Counted from the first letter of the stretch, positions 1 through 10,432 are shown. The stretch: DNA of 64,000 bases from Bacilli bacterium (GCA_022795155.1 JAAWGF010000003.1:13775-77774); one strand, 5' to 3'. Program-made: numbers and translations. The notes: generated by a model from the letters alone, not told the origin.

Positions 1-1347
1 ATCTAGGCTTCGACCAAAAATTTCACTTTTCCAAATATTTCCAGCTTCACTATCTTTATCTTTCATTAGATAATCAATTAATTCTTTACTTTGAATTTCT
101 GAGCCAATAATTGGTTCAAATGTCGATTCGACATCAACTCTAATCATATGTATAGAAGGTGCTACTGCTTTTAATTTAATCCCATAACGGCTACCTTGTT
201 TAATAATTTCGGGTGTATCTAATTTCATATCAGATAAACTTGGTGAGGCAACACCATATCCAGTTGTTTTAACCATTTTTAAAGCAACCTTAATTTGATC
301 ATATTCTTGTTTAGCTTCATTATAATCTTGAAATAAAGTTAATAAATCGGCCCTATTTTCAATATTAACACCAATAATATCCTTTAATACTTGATTATAT
401 AATTCATTAGGAGCATCTAAAGTGACTGTTACTTCACCAGTCGAAGTATTAACTTCTGACAAATATGCTTTACTAATATATTCACAATCAGTAAAATATG
501 AAGTTATATTTTCAATATCACGTAATTTATCAATTTCAATAACACTCTCACGAATTTTATCCATATAAACTTTCTTTAACCAATTATTCGGAGCTAAACA
601 TGCTATCCATTCTGGCATATTAACTTTGACTTCCATAACGGGGAATTCATAAAGTGCTTCTCTTAAAATTGAATAAATATCTCTTTCAGTCATATTTTCA
701 ATACTAATAGGTAGTACTGGGACACCATATTCAGTATTAAGTTTTTCAGCTAAACGTTCTGTTTCTGGTAACATTGGGTGGGTTGAGTTCATAACAACAA
801 TAAATGGTTTTCCTATCTCTTTTAGTTCCATGACAACACGTTGTTCAGCCTCTATATAATCATTACGATTTAATTCGCCAATTGAGCCATCAGTTGTAAC
901 AACAATCCCAATTGTTGAGTGATCTTTAATAACCTTTTCCGTTCCAATTTCAGCTGCTTCTATAAAAGGTATTTCTTCATCATACCATGGTGTCTTAACC
1001 ATTCTAGGCCCATTTTCATCTTCATACCCTTTACAATTAGGTATAACATAACCTACGCAATCAACTAATCTAATATTAGCTGAAAAATCATCAATAAAAA
1101 TTTTAGCTGCATTACTTGGTACAAACTTAGGCTCGGTTGTCATAATCATTTTACCTTGCGCACTTTGAGGAATTTCATCTAAGGCACGTTTTTTTTCATA
1201 TTCGTCTTCAATATTAGGAACAACTAAATTTTCAATGACTTTTTTTATAAATGTCGATTTACCAGTTCTAACCGCTCCAACAACACCTAAATAAATGTCC
1301 CCTCCAGTACGCTCTGTAATGCTTTTTATAATCTCTATTTTTTCCAT
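1..1347 (-). CDS. spoIVA: Stage IV sporulation protein A (SpoIVA), partial; C-terminus lies beyond the window start
   Basis: Not in the ORF track (no stop in window). Own translation of the reverse complement from ATG at 1347: MEKIEIIKSITERTGGDIYLGVVGAVRTGKSTFIKKVIENLVVPNIEDEYEKKRALDEIPQSAQGKMIMTTEPKFVP... Walker-A GAVRTGKST and an N-terminus near-identical to the SpoIVA family. Confidence 0.8.
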   Translation of the reverse strand, partial: MEKIEIIKSITERTGGDIYLGVVGAVRTGKSTFIKKVIENLVVPNIEDEYEKKRALDEIPQSAQGKMIMTTEPKFVPSNAAKIFIDDFSANIRLVDCVGYVIPNCKGYEDENGPRMVKTPWYDEEIPFIEAAEIGTEKVIKDHSTIGIVVTTDGSIGELNRNDYIEAEQRVVMELKEIGKPFIVVMNSTHPMLPETERLAEKLNTEYGVPVLPISIENMTERDIYSILREALYEFPVMEVKVNMPEWIACLAPNNWLKKVYMDKIRESVIEIDKLRDIENITSYFTDCEYISKAYLSEVNTSTGEVTVTLDAPNELYNQVLKDIIGVNIENRADLLTLFQDYNEAKQEYDQIKVALKMVKTTGYGVASPSLSDMKLDTPEIIKQGSRYGIKLKAVAPSIHMIRVDVESTFEPIIGSEIQSKELIDYLMKDKDSEAGNIWKSEIFGRSLD

Positions 1348-1425
1348 ATATTCCCTACTTTCCATAATTCACTTAATTATATTGTAAAACTCTCTAAAAT
1401 ATGAAAAAAAGTAATTAAAATTTAA

Positions 1426-3825
1426 TTACTTTATAACAATATTAACGATTTTAGATTGAATTACAATAATTTTAACAATTTCTTTTCCATCAATAAATTT
1501 TTTAACATTATCTATTTCAAGCGCTAATGCTTCCATTTCTTCTTTGGATGTATTAATATCAACTTCTAATTTTCCTCGAACTTTACCATTAACTTGAACA
1601 ACCATTTGATATTTTTCTTCTTTTGTCTTATTAATATCAAACTCTGGCCATCTAGAATAACTAATAGTATCATTATTCCCTAAAATTTGCCATAATTCCT
1701 CTGTTATATGCGGTACTACCGGATTAAGTAGTTTTAAGAAATTTAAAGCATACGCAAGTGGAAATACCTCTTCTTTATAAACGGCATTAATAAAAATCAT
1801 CATTTGACTAATAGCTGTATTAAAATTCATCGTCTCATAATCTTCGGTTACTTTTTTTACTGTTTGATGATATATTTTCTCTAAATTTTTATTATCGCTA
1901 TCTTTAATTTTATTCTCTTCAACATATAAACGCCAAACACGATCTAAAAATTTTTTTGACCCTTCAATACCATTTGGATCCCATGGTTTAGCGGCATCGA
2001 TGGGTCCCATAAACATTTCATAAAGTCGTAAACTATCAGCACCATAAAGGTTTACCATATCATCAGGATTAATAACATTTCCTTTTGATTTACTCATTTT
2101 TTCACCATTTGGTCCCAATATCATACCTTGATGACGCAATTTATGAAATGGTTCTTTAGTTGTTGTATATCCTTTATCAAATAAATAATTATTCCAAAAT
2201 CTTGAATATAATAAATGCCCTACAGCATGCTCTGGACCACCAACATATAAATCAACTGGCATCCAGTGCTCTAATAGTTTTTTATTAGCAAAATCTTCAT
2301 TATTGTCTGGATCAATATATCTTAAAAAATACCAACTTGAGCCAGCTGATCCAGGCATTGTACTTGTTTCTCTTTTACCCTTAACACCATCAATCTCTAT
2401 ATTAACCCAATCCTCAGCTTTATTAAGGGGGCTAGCACCTGTTTTACTTGGACTATAATCCTCTAAAGTAGGTAAAACTAGTGGTAATTTTGAATCATCT
2501 AAAACAATATCTTGATTATTTTCTAGATGGACAATTGGAATTGGTTCTCCCCAATATCTTTGACGAGCAAAAATCCATTCTCTTAAACGATAATTAATTT
2601 TTTTATTGCCTAACTTTTTATCCTCTAACCAATTAATCATCTTATCAATAGCGTCTTTTTTATTTAAACCATCAAGGAAATCAGAATTAATATGAGTACC
2701 ATCGCCAATATAAGGAAGTTCTGTATTATTACTATCTATGTTTTTAATAACAGGAGCAATTTCAATATTAAATTTTTGTGCAAATTCAAAATCGCGTTCA
2801 TCATGGGCAGGAACGGCCATAATCGCACCTGTCCCATAAGTTGCTAAAACATAATCAGCAATCCAAATAGGAATCTTTTTGCCATTTACAGGATTAATCG
2901 CATAGCTACCTGTAAAAACACCAGTTTTTTCTTTACTTAATTCTGTACGCTCTAATTCACTTTTACTAGCACATATAATCTTATAATTTTTTACATCTTC
3001 TGAACATTCTTCAGTAGTTATTTTATCAACTAAATCATGTTCTGGTGAAAGGACACAGTATGTAGCACCAAACAAGGTATCAGGTCTTGTCGTAAAAACT
3101 GTAAAAGTGTAATCGGTATTATTAACTTTAAAATCGACGTGAGCGCCAATCGATTTGCCAATCCAGTTTCGTTGCATCTCCTTAGTTGATTCAGGCCAAT
3201 CAATTTCATCTAAGCCATCAAGTAATCTATCTGCATATTTAGGAATATCAATAACCCATTGTTTCATATTTTTTCTAACAACTGGAAAACCACCACGTTC
3301 ACTTTTACCATCAATAATCTCATCATTAGCTAAAACAGTTCCTAATGCTTCACACCAATTAACTGGCATGTCAATATTTTTGGCTAAACCATCATTATAT
3401 AATTGTTTAAAAATCCATTGTGTCCATTTATAAAAGTTAGGGTCACAAGTAGAAACTTGTCGATCCCAATCAAAAGAAAATCCTAACATTTTTAATTGTT
3501 TTGTAAAAGTATCAATGTTTTTTTTCGTAAATCCTTCTGGATGATTGCCTGTTTTAATCGCATATTGTTCAGCTGGAAGTCCAAATGAATCAAACCCCAT
3601 AGGGTGCAAAACATTAAATCCCTGCATTCTTTTCATACGTGATACAATATCTGTTGCTGTATAACCTTCTGGATGCCCTACATGTAACCCTTGTCCTGAT
3701 GGATAAGGAAACATATCCAAAGCATAATATTTAGGCTTACTAAAATCCCAGATATCTGTTTTAAAAGTTTTATTCTCTTCCCAATATTTTTGCCATTTTT
3801 CTTCTATTTTTTTAAAATCATACAT
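1426..3825 (-). CDS. leuS: Leucyl-tRNA synthetase
   Basis: 799 aa; class I HIGH-type motif (HVGHPEGY), KMSKS motif, LeuRS length and editing-domain layout. RBS AAAGAGGG upstream. ATG overlaps the TAA of the upstream small ORF (TAATG). Confidence 0.97.
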   Translation of the reverse strand: MYDFKKIEEKWQKYWEENKTFKTDIWDFSKPKYYALDMFPYPSGQGLHVGHPEGYTATDIVSRMKRMQGFNVLHPMGFDSFGLPAEQYAIKTGNHPEGFTKKNIDTFTKQLKMLGFSFDWDRQVSTCDPNFYKWTQWIFKQLYNDGLAKNIDMPVNWCEALGTVLANDEIIDGKSERGGFPVVRKNMKQWVIDIPKYADRLLDGLDEIDWPESTKEMQRNWIGKSIGAHVDFKVNNTDYTFTVFTTRPDTLFGATYCVLSPEHDLVDKITTEECSEDVKNYKIICASKSELERTELSKEKTGVFTGSYAINPVNGKKIPIWIADYVLATYGTGAIMAVPAHDERDFEFAQKFNIEIAPVIKNIDSNNTELPYIGDGTHINSDFLDGLNKKDAIDKMINWLEDKKLGNKKINYRLREWIFARQRYWGEPIPIVHLENNQDIVLDDSKLPLVLPTLEDYSPSKTGASPLNKAEDWVNIEIDGVKGKRETSTMPGSAGSSWYFLRYIDPDNNEDFANKKLLEHWMPVDLYVGGPEHAVGHLLYSRFWNNYLFDKGYTTTKEPFHKLRHQGMILGPNGEKMSKSKGNVINPDDMVNLYGADSLRLYEMFMGPIDAAKPWDPNGIEGSKKFLDRVWRLYVEENKIKDSDNKNLEKIYHQTVKKVTEDYETMNFNTAISQMMIFINAVYKEEVFPLAYALNFLKLLNPVVPHITEELWQILGNNDTISYSRWPEFDINKTKEEKYQMVVQVNGKVRGKLEVDINTSKEEMEALALEIDNVKKFIDGKEIVKIIVIQSKIVNIVIK

Positions 3826-3826
3826 A

Positions 3827-4171
3827 TTATTTACCCTCTTTCTTTAGTAATGACTTAGCTAAAATATGATAGCTAACTAATATAAGTGGAAATAAAGCAA
3901 CAAAGCCCAATAACATTTTTAAAATAAATTTATCAATAAATAAAACAATTATAAATGTCGTTGAAATTATGAAGCTATCGCATAAAGCTATCCGGTTAGA
4001 TAACGTACGTAAATTAATGGTTTCTATATTGATATGATAACGGTTAATTAAATATCTAACTTCCAAACTCTTTTTTAATTTTTCACTAGCTTTTTTCCTT
4101 TTCACAACAAATAAAAAATAAATTATGTAAACAAATATAAAAGTAATAATGTAAGTACCTAAGTATTTCAT
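3827..4171 (-). CDS. Small hydrophobic membrane protein, unknown function, translationally coupled to leuS
   Basis: Track ORF 3827..4192. The start is more likely ATG at 4171 ([11 protein letters not shown]...) because a strong RBS GAAGGAGG sits 5 nt upstream and the 4192 start would make the RBS coding. Two or three predicted TM helices. Sits between the Leu T-box and leuS. Confidence 0.5.
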   Translation of the reverse strand: MKYLGTYIITFIFVYIIYFLFVVKRKKASEKLKKSLEVRYLINRYHINIETINLRTLSNRIALCDSFIISTTFIIVLFIDKFILKMLLGFVALFPLILVSYHILAKSLLKKEGK

Positions 4172-4192
4172 AATGCCTCCTTCAAAACACAA

Positions 4193-4417
4193 AAAAGATA
4201 TTATTCTTTAAGGACGAGGATAACCCGCGGTACCACCTTAATTCATAATAATCTTTATGCTCTTAATATTTTTAACGCAAATGTACGTCATATATTTAAC
4301 ATATATGAAGCTAAGAAAGTAAGTTCATAATATTCAATTAAAAGTTTTCACCAACCACTTTTTCTCTAAAAACATCTATATTATTACTACTCTTTCGTAA
4401 TCACTTTTTATAAACTA
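4193..4417 (-). promoter_or_regulatory. T-box riboswitch leader, leucine-specific (UGGU bulge, putative CUU specifier)
   Basis: Minus strand reads AATTAAGGTGGTACCGCGGG (plus 4224..4244), a near-perfect match to the T-box consensus AAnnnGGGUGGnACCGCG. The UGGU bulge pairs with the ACCA end of tRNA-Leu (discriminator A). Antiterminator: UUAAGG/[UGGUACC]/GCGGG-UUAUC-CUCGU/CCUUAA. Stem I carries AGAGA..AGUGG..GGUGAAA distal-loop-like motifs and GAACUUA (CUU Leu codon). A weak AU-rich hairpin and U-run follow. Confidence 0.8.
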
Positions 4418-4423
4418 AAAGAA

Positions 4424-4452
4424 TTATAACATATATATAGTTATAATTCAAC
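4424..4452 (-). promoter_or_regulatory. Sigma-A type promoter for the Leu T-box / small ORF / leuS operon
   Basis: Minus strand TTGAAT(4452..4447)-17 nt-TATAAT(4429..4424), immediately downstream of the DUF3037-like gene stop. Confidence 0.6.
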
Positions 4453-4460
4453 GGTATTTT

Positions 4461-5249
4461 CTATTTATTATTATCAATTTTGATATTTACAAAATCTTGA
4501 ATAGAAATTATTTTTCCATATTCAGATAGCATTCTCTTATATGAATTCGTTTTCTCATTATTTAGATTATCATCTAAAACAAATATTAGTTCCTTATTCT
4601 CCTTCTTTAACATAATAGAATTAGTTATCCACATCTTTAAAATAGCGACATATCCATTATAATTATCTTCAGTCAAAAAAATCAATTTATAATACTTATC
4701 ATCTATTTTATAATCAAAATTTATATTATTGCCATATTTTTCTTGAATAGCATTTTTATGACCACATCTCTCATAAAAAATATTATTTTCTAAAAAGTGC
4801 TTTTCAATAAAAGCTTTACTTTCCATTTCATTAACTCTTTTTTCTTTGCTAATATCATAATATAAATAAATATTTTTTAAATTATCTAATAAATCTTTGA
4901 AACTATCTTCTGTATTTATTTCATGTATTTCAAAAATAAACTTATTAACAAAGTATTTCGTTAATTCATCTAATAATAAGATATTATCTAGGCTTATTCC
5001 GTCAAAATCACTTAATAAATTGATTGTAAATTGCTCCTTTAAATCATCGACATATTTTTTTAAAAATGGTATATCAGCTTCATCATCAAAACTTCTTACT
5101 CTTTTCCAATTATTAATAATAATCATATCCAATTGCTTGCTTTCTGGATAATGTAAAACGATTGCTATATTTATTCTTTCATTTCGTTCAAGATTTGGAA
5201 CATATTTTAAAACAGCATATTTAGCTTTAAATTTTCCCATTATTATCAC
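4461..5249 (-). CDS. DUF3037-like protein, partner of the upstream HipA_C-like kinase
   Basis: 262 aa. N-terminal motif KYAVLKYVPNLERNERINIAIVL resembles what I recall of the DUF3037 signature. Overlaps the upstream kinase-like gene by 23 nt (5227..5249), implying co-translation. Confidence 0.45.
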   Translation of the reverse strand: MIIMGKFKAKYAVLKYVPNLERNERINIAIVLHYPESKQLDMIIINNWKRVRSFDDEADIPFLKKYVDDLKEQFTINLLSDFDGISLDNILLLDELTKYFVNKFIFEIHEINTEDSFKDLLDNLKNIYLYYDISKEKRVNEMESKAFIEKHFLENNIFYERCGHKNAIQEKYGNNINFDYKIDDKYYKLIFLTEDNYNGYVAILKMWITNSIMLKKENKELIFVLDDNLNNEKTNSYKRMLSEYGKIISIQDFVNIKIDNNK

Positions 5250-6015
5250 CCTTCAAATTTAAAAGTTCTATAATCTCATCAACTCTGTTAAAGCGACCTA
5301 TTATATAATCAACTAATACTTTCTTTTCTTCATTACTAACTTCCCAATCACTTGGAATATCATTCATAATACTTTCAACTAATTCTTTCTTTATATTTTT
5401 TACCTTTTTTATAAATTTATTCAATTCACTATAAAATATATCGTTCAATTTAAGAGAATTCATGATATTTAAATAATTAAACTGATGTAAATATAATACG
5501 CTGAATTTTTCATTTATAAATCTAGGAAGTTGATATTTATCCCAAATAGTTCCTAATCCAAATATATGTGTATGATCTATCATTATGATTTTTTTAGAAA
5601 TGGAATGAATCATTAAATTACCTTTATTCCTATCATAATTACCAATTAATAAATCAAAAATTAAAGTTTTAATAGCATCATAACTATTTTGTGCTCTTGA
5701 GATCATTCCAGCATTCAATATAGTAAGTAATTTATCATCATAAAGTGTCCCAAAAGCAGTTCCTTCAATATGTTTAATATCTTCTTTGTCTATTTTATCA
5801 TAATTTTCTTCTTTTATATTAATTAACTTATATTCCATAATCGGTAATTCTAAGTATTCACACAATTTAGAAGCTACAAATTCATTAACAAGTGCCCTTT
5901 TTCCTTCTGGATTACCTGGAAATTTTACGACATAAGTTTTACCATCATCACACCATACAACATAAGGAACTGTACAGCCATTACCAAGTTTATTTTTTAT
6001 TTCAACAATATTCAA
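5227..6015 (-). CDS. HipA C-terminal-domain-like Ser/Thr kinase-fold protein (short, no HipA N-domain)
   Basis: 262 aa. NEFVASKLCEYLELPIMEYKLI matches the start of HipA_C (NEhltmrLArlaGi.v). GNYDRNKGN aligns to the HipA catalytic loop DxHxxN with H replaced by N. IDHTHIFG is a DFG-like Mg-binding region. Confidence 0.55.
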   Translation of the reverse strand: MNIVEIKNKLGNGCTVPYVVWCDDGKTYVVKFPGNPEGKRALVNEFVASKLCEYLELPIMEYKLINIKEENYDKIDKEDIKHIEGTAFGTLYDDKLLTILNAGMISRAQNSYDAIKTLIFDLLIGNYDRNKGNLMIHSISKKIIMIDHTHIFGLGTIWDKYQLPRFINEKFSVLYLHQFNYLNIMNSLKLNDIFYSELNKFIKKVKNIKKELVESIMNDIPSDWEVSNEEKKVLVDYIIGRFNRVDEIIELLNLKGDNNGKI

Positions 6016-6287
6016 ATAGTACCACCTCGCAAGGTTTTACTATTATAATTCAATTATAACACATATTAAAATAATATATATATTATATAAAGATAATTAT
6101 AATAGTTTACAAAAATATTTACAAAGTCTGTACTAGCCCCTTGAATAAGTGATATTATAACACTTTTAGATTATAATGCAATATACAAATTTATTCCCCA
6201 TACTTTAAATATAGTTTGATTAATAAAGAAAATCCTTCTTAAATAAACAAAAAAACGAAATTTACAATAAATTTCATTTTTCTCTTG

Positions 6288-8714
6288 TTAAACTTCACTA
6301 ATATATTCTAATAATTTTAAGAATAATCGAATGAATTTTCTTTCTAAACCAACTTTTTTTAATTTACGAAGCGCTATTCTTTTTTTCTTAAGTGGTAATT
6401 CACTAAAAATAATTTGATCTATCGTTTCCTTCATTTCCGTTTCAATCTGTAAATCATATAAAATTGATTGAATCTCCTCATTAATTAATCTAACTGTGTC
6501 TATTTCAATGTTTTTACCCTTGCAATTAAGTGTTAATTGACCAATTGTCGGAATCTCATTTATTTCAACTACAAAGTCATTATCTTCAATATAACTTTTA
6601 TATTGGACAGGCTCATTATTAAAATAAATAATAACATCATTAGCCTCTTTCGTATTTCTAAATCGAACTTTATAATTTCGTTTTTCAGGAACAATACCAC
6701 TTTTACCTTCAAGGGCTCTAATTATAACTGTATAATTATTCGGCAAATAATTATATTCAATTGAAGATTTTAAATAATAACCCGTTTTATAAAGATCACT
6801 AACACCATCATCTTCATATAATTCATATTTATTGCTTCGTCCCGGAAAAATTTGAATTTCCATATTTTTAGGTGGTGTTGTATCATTCATATTTTCATTA
6901 TCACCCAATGCAATAATAGATCCAGCTTTGGCAAAAACTGGGTAATCATCATCTTTAAAGAAAGACACATAATTTTTACCACCAGGGAACTTTTTCCCAG
7001 TAACAAAATCATACCAAATCCCCTCTGGCATATAGAATTTGTGAATAACTCGTTGCATAACAGATTCTTTTTTATTTATAATGGGACAAATGAATAGCTC
7101 ACTACCTAAATAATATTCATTTCTATAAATTGGATCATCATACATCTCAGGGTTTTTATAATAAATTGGCTGAATAACAGGAACACCATGTTTATGATAT
7201 TTGTAAGCTTCTGTATATAAATAAGGAATTAAACGATGACGTAATTTTAAATAATCCTTAACAATATTATAAGTTTTATACCCCCATTTCCATGGCTCAC
7301 GACGATAATATTTACCTTTTTCACTACCAAATTTTAAAATGGGACTAAATGTTCCTAATTGAACATAGCGTGTATATAATTCATCATCCTCAATACCTTT
7401 ATAAAAACCACCAATATCATGACTCCACCAACTTACACCATTATTAGCTGCACTTGCATTATGAATTGGAATAAGTTTCAAAGTAGCCCAACTAACAGTG
7501 CTTTTTCCCGAATATAAAACAGGATAACGATGTGGCGCAATTAAGGAATTAGTTGTAAGTAACATTGGTCTTCTTTTATAATTTCGCATCATATCATAAA
7601 AATGATAATGATTTAAAATCCATAAATCATCATTTTTTTTAGGATTGTTATAATCTAACCAAAAGAAATCAACATCTAAATTATCCAATGGATGAATAAG
7701 TAGTTTTAAATATACGTCTAAAAATTTAGGATCTAAAACATTAAAAGGAATAATTGTTCCAGGCGTAACTTGTAAATATTCGCATATCTTATTATAATAA
7801 ACTTCATAAGGATAAATTCCTGAACTCGGATCGATATTTAATCCTAACCTAATTCCTTTCGAATGAAGATAAGCAATTATTTCCTTAGGATTTTTTATTA
7901 GCGTATTATTAAAAGTAAAACCTGTTTCGATATTTGATACTTCATCATACTTATTTAAATGCCATTCATTATTTAAAACAATAACGGAAAGGGGAATATT
8001 TTTATTTTCAAAATTAGAAACCAATTCGCCTAGACTATCATCAGTATATGAGATATTACGACTCCACCAATTTCCTAAAGCATAACGAGGAATTAAAGCT
8101 GGATACCCAGTTAAACGATAATAATCATCTAAACAACCTTGGAAATTTTTATAATACATAAATAAATAAATATCAATATCATTTTTATCATTATTACGTT
8201 CAATAACGCTACCAGTTTCTTCAATTATTAAGCTTTTAGAATCATCAATACTAACAAAGCCATCAATAGAATATAAACCTTTTTTATATTTGGCCCTATG
8301 TTTTTTCCCTTTTTTTTCATATAACTCTAAACCTGGGCTACCGTAATTACGTACTTCAGGATGACCATAATACCAAATGCGATCACTACCTAATAACTCA
8401 ACTTTTAGATTAGCGGTTGGATTTATTTTAGTAGCAGGAAATGGCTTATCTTTTAAATAGGTTAAGCAAAAGTATTTAGTAGTTATTTCTAAATATTTCG
8501 CATCCTGTTTAACTTTAAAGTCAACTACCCCTAAATCCCTATGCCATGCAAACTGGGTTGGTCGATCTTCAAAAATTCCATTTTCACTATACTCTAATCT
8601 AACTAATCTTTCAGTAATAACGGAAATACGATATTTTTGGCCTACCATTATACATTTTGGATTAACTTTAGATAATGTATAATCTATTTCAAATTGTTCG
8701 CCAATCTTATACAT
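6288..8714 (-). CDS. Glycoside hydrolase family 31-like protein (alpha-glucosidase/alpha-xylosidase type)
   Basis: 808 aa. WLDYNNP (nucleophile Asp region) and WSHDIGGF (acid/base region) fit the GH31 TIM barrel. Size and N-terminal beta-sandwich typical. Confidence 0.65.
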   Translation of the reverse strand: MYKIGEQFEIDYTLSKVNPKCIMVGQKYRISVITERLVRLEYSENGIFEDRPTQFAWHRDLGVVDFKVKQDAKYLEITTKYFCLTYLKDKPFPATKINPTANLKVELLGSDRIWYYGHPEVRNYGSPGLELYEKKGKKHRAKYKKGLYSIDGFVSIDDSKSLIIEETGSVIERNNDKNDIDIYLFMYYKNFQGCLDDYYRLTGYPALIPRYALGNWWSRNISYTDDSLGELVSNFENKNIPLSVIVLNNEWHLNKYDEVSNIETGFTFNNTLIKNPKEIIAYLHSKGIRLGLNIDPSSGIYPYEVYYNKICEYLQVTPGTIIPFNVLDPKFLDVYLKLLIHPLDNLDVDFFWLDYNNPKKNDDLWILNHYHFYDMMRNYKRRPMLLTTNSLIAPHRYPVLYSGKSTVSWATLKLIPIHNASAANNGVSWWSHDIGGFYKGIEDDELYTRYVQLGTFSPILKFGSEKGKYYRREPWKWGYKTYNIVKDYLKLRHRLIPYLYTEAYKYHKHGVPVIQPIYYKNPEMYDDPIYRNEYYLGSELFICPIINKKESVMQRVIHKFYMPEGIWYDFVTGKKFPGGKNYVSFFKDDDYPVFAKAGSIIALGDNENMNDTTPPKNMEIQIFPGRSNKYELYEDDGVSDLYKTGYYLKSSIEYNYLPNNYTVIIRALEGKSGIVPEKRNYKVRFRNTKEANDVIIYFNNEPVQYKSYIEDNDFVVEINEIPTIGQLTLNCKGKNIEIDTVRLINEEIQSILYDLQIETEMKETIDQIIFSELPLKKKRIALRKLKKVGLERKFIRLFLKLLEYISEV

Positions 8715-8737
8715 AAATTCAACCCCTTATATATTTA

Positions 8738-9178
8738 TTATTCATTCTTTTTATTCATTTTCCTTATTCTTTTTAATATAAATAGTATTATAAATAGTAG
8801 CACAATTATAATTGTGGCAATTACATAATTATACAGATTGGTGGGTTCTTCTTCTCTTTCTTCAACAATTTCCTCTTGGTCTAAAATGTTGGCAAAAATA
8901 TATTCTCCACTTTCCTTAGAATACAAAAAATATTCTCTTGCATATCTTGCTTTATACTCATCATTTTTTAACTTAGATAATTCTTTAGTTAAATTTGTTT
9001 CATCTTCTTGTAATTTTGTTAAGTTATTTTGTAAGGTTTGTTGTTCTAAACTAAGATTTTTTATATTTAACAGCATCGAAAAAGCACTAAAAATAAAGTA
9101 TGATATTACTACAACACTAAGACCACCAAAAATAATAAGTCTTCTTTTTGATTCTTTTGTTACTTTTCTTTTTACCAC
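8738..9178 (-). CDS. divIC: Septum formation initiator DivIC/FtsB family
   Basis: N-terminal TM, coiled coil, and NDEYKARYAREYFLYSKESGEYIF matching the B. subtilis DivIC C-terminal motif (DEDYVTELARRDLFMSGDGEIIF). Conserved yabP-yabQ-divIC order. Confidence 0.85.
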   Translation of the reverse strand: MVKRKVTKESKRRLIIFGGLSVVVISYFIFSAFSMLLNIKNLSLEQQTLQNNLTKLQEDETNLTKELSKLKNDEYKARYAREYFLYSKESGEYIFANILDQEEIVEEREEEPTNLYNYVIATIIIVLLFIILFILKRIRKMNKKNE

Positions 9179-9209
9179 ATAACCACCACCCTACCGTATA
9201 ATCAGTATA

Positions 9210-9497
9210 TCATTTTTTAGTTTTTTTGGCAATAATACGATTAATACAAATGTCAACAAAAAAGCCAATTATAACCATAATAATTGAATACGGATGAAGA
9301 ATAGCGTTATTTATTTTTTTTATACTAATAAAATAAACTAATACAGCTATAATTATAATTAAAAAAGACGATAGAATTTTTATAAAAGGTTTAGAACTAT
9401 AAATAAATTTATAATTAATATTTAAAAATATGGAAAAAATAAATCCATAAAAAAAAGAAAAAACAATTAAAATTATTTGCGTTTTTAAATCCATCAT
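9210..9497 (-). CDS. yabQ: Spore cortex biosynthesis membrane protein YabQ
   Basis: 95 aa, three TM helices, directly downstream of yabP with a 4-nt overlap (ATGA); B. subtilis synteny. Confidence 0.6.
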   Translation of the reverse strand: MMDLKTQIILIVFSFFYGFIFSIFLNINYKFIYSSKPFIKILSSFLIIIIAVLVYFISIKKINNAILHPYSIIMVIIGFFVDICINRIIAKKTKK

Positions 9498-9784
9498 TTA
9501 AATAACTTATTAAATACTCCGTCTTCTTTACTTTTTTTAGATAAACTTTCCATATATGTTAAACTATTAACTTTTCCCTTAATGGAAACATTTCCTTGGT
9601 ATGTATCTAATTTTACAATTTCTAAATCTTCGCCTTTTAAAACAATATACCCCATATTAGTTTCCATTAAAAATTCTTCATTATCAAAACTATCAATTTT
9701 TTTTACTCCTGTAATAACAATATTTTTACGTTCACTTAAAGTTACAACATGTCCTAATGTATTAAAACTTTCTACCTTGTCCAT
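9494..9784 (-). CDS. yabP: Sporulation protein YabP
   Basis: 96 aa; LTLSERKNIVITGVKKIDSFDNEEFLMETNMGYIVLKGEDLEI matches the YabP family. Confidence 0.8.
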   Translation of the reverse strand: MDKVESFNTLGHVVTLSERKNIVITGVKKIDSFDNEEFLMETNMGYIVLKGEDLEIVKLDTYQGNVSIKGKVNSLTYMESLSKKSKEDGVFNKLFK

Positions 9785-9852
9785 ATAAACCTCCTAATTC
9801 AATATATGTAGAGATTTAAAAAATATTAAAAAAAAATCAATAATTTGATTTT

Positions 9853-10110
9853 TTATTCAGCTTCATTATAAGCATCAAGAATTGCTTTTTCAAACATTTC
9901 TCTTGTTTCTTGATTTATTGGATGAGCTACATCATGACGTTTAGTATCATCGATTTTACGGCTTGGCATAGCAATAAATAATTTGTCATCGCCTTGAATA
10001 ATTCTAATATCACGAACAGCGAAACAGTCATCAATTACTACTGAGACAATTCCTTTCATTCTTGAGTTTTCCTTTTCTGTCTTATGAACATTTACAGATG
10101 TAATTTTCAA
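9853..10110 (-). CDS. spoVG: Septation protein SpoVG
   Basis: 85 aa; MKITSVNVHK...GIVSVVIDDCFAVRDIRIIQGDDKLFIAMPSRK...HDVAHPIN is near-identical to the SpoVG family. Confidence 0.92.
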   Translation of the reverse strand: MKITSVNVHKTEKENSRMKGIVSVVIDDCFAVRDIRIIQGDDKLFIAMPSRKIDDTKRHDVAHPINQETREMFEKAILDAYNEAE

Positions 10111-10197
10111 GTAAATCTCTCCCTTCAGTCTATCTACTACAAGTTTATTGTATACTAAAAAAATTAGAAAATCAATAGTTATTTATAAAAATGCGCA

Positions 10198-10410
10198 TTA
10201 ATAGTCGATTTTTATCGTTTTAGTAATAACATCAGAATATGAAAATGATTTAATCTCATTTTTTATTTTTGATTCTTTAATTTCGACAAGAAAAACATTT
10301 TTATAAAGTTCCTTTATTTTCGCATTATATTTTTCATATTTATTCCGTCCAAGACTACACTTTATGACTACTTCTTTACCTAAAAATTCATTAAGCCTAC
10401 CTCTAATCTG
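10198..10410 (-). CDS. veg: Veg protein (biofilm/sporulation-associated small DNA-binding protein)
   Basis: Track ORF 10198..10497 overlaps yabG. A GTG at 10410 preceded by GAGGAGG gives MTIEQIRGRLNEFLGKEVVIKCSLGRNK...VFLVEIKES..SFSYSDVIT.TIKI, matching B. subtilis Veg (about 86 aa). Confidence 0.85.
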   Translation of the reverse strand, partial: QIRGRLNEFLGKEVVIKCSLGRNKYEKYNAKIKELYKNVFLVEIKESKIKNEIKSFSYSDVITKTIKIDY

Positions 10411-10432
10411 TTCTATTGTCACAAATTCCTCC

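Noticed and set aside
3155-3433. Plus-strand 92-aa ORF inside leuS
   Set aside because: Lies antisense within a well-supported conserved CDS; low-complexity translation; no RBS.
4172-4192. Track start codon at 4192 for the small membrane ORF (MCFEGGIM...)
   Set aside because: That start would translate the Shine-Dalgarno GAAGGAGG; the ATG at 4171 with a 5-nt spacing is the better start.
6537-7097. Two small plus-strand ORFs inside the GH31 gene
   Set aside because: Antisense to a long conserved CDS; AT-rich frame artefacts.
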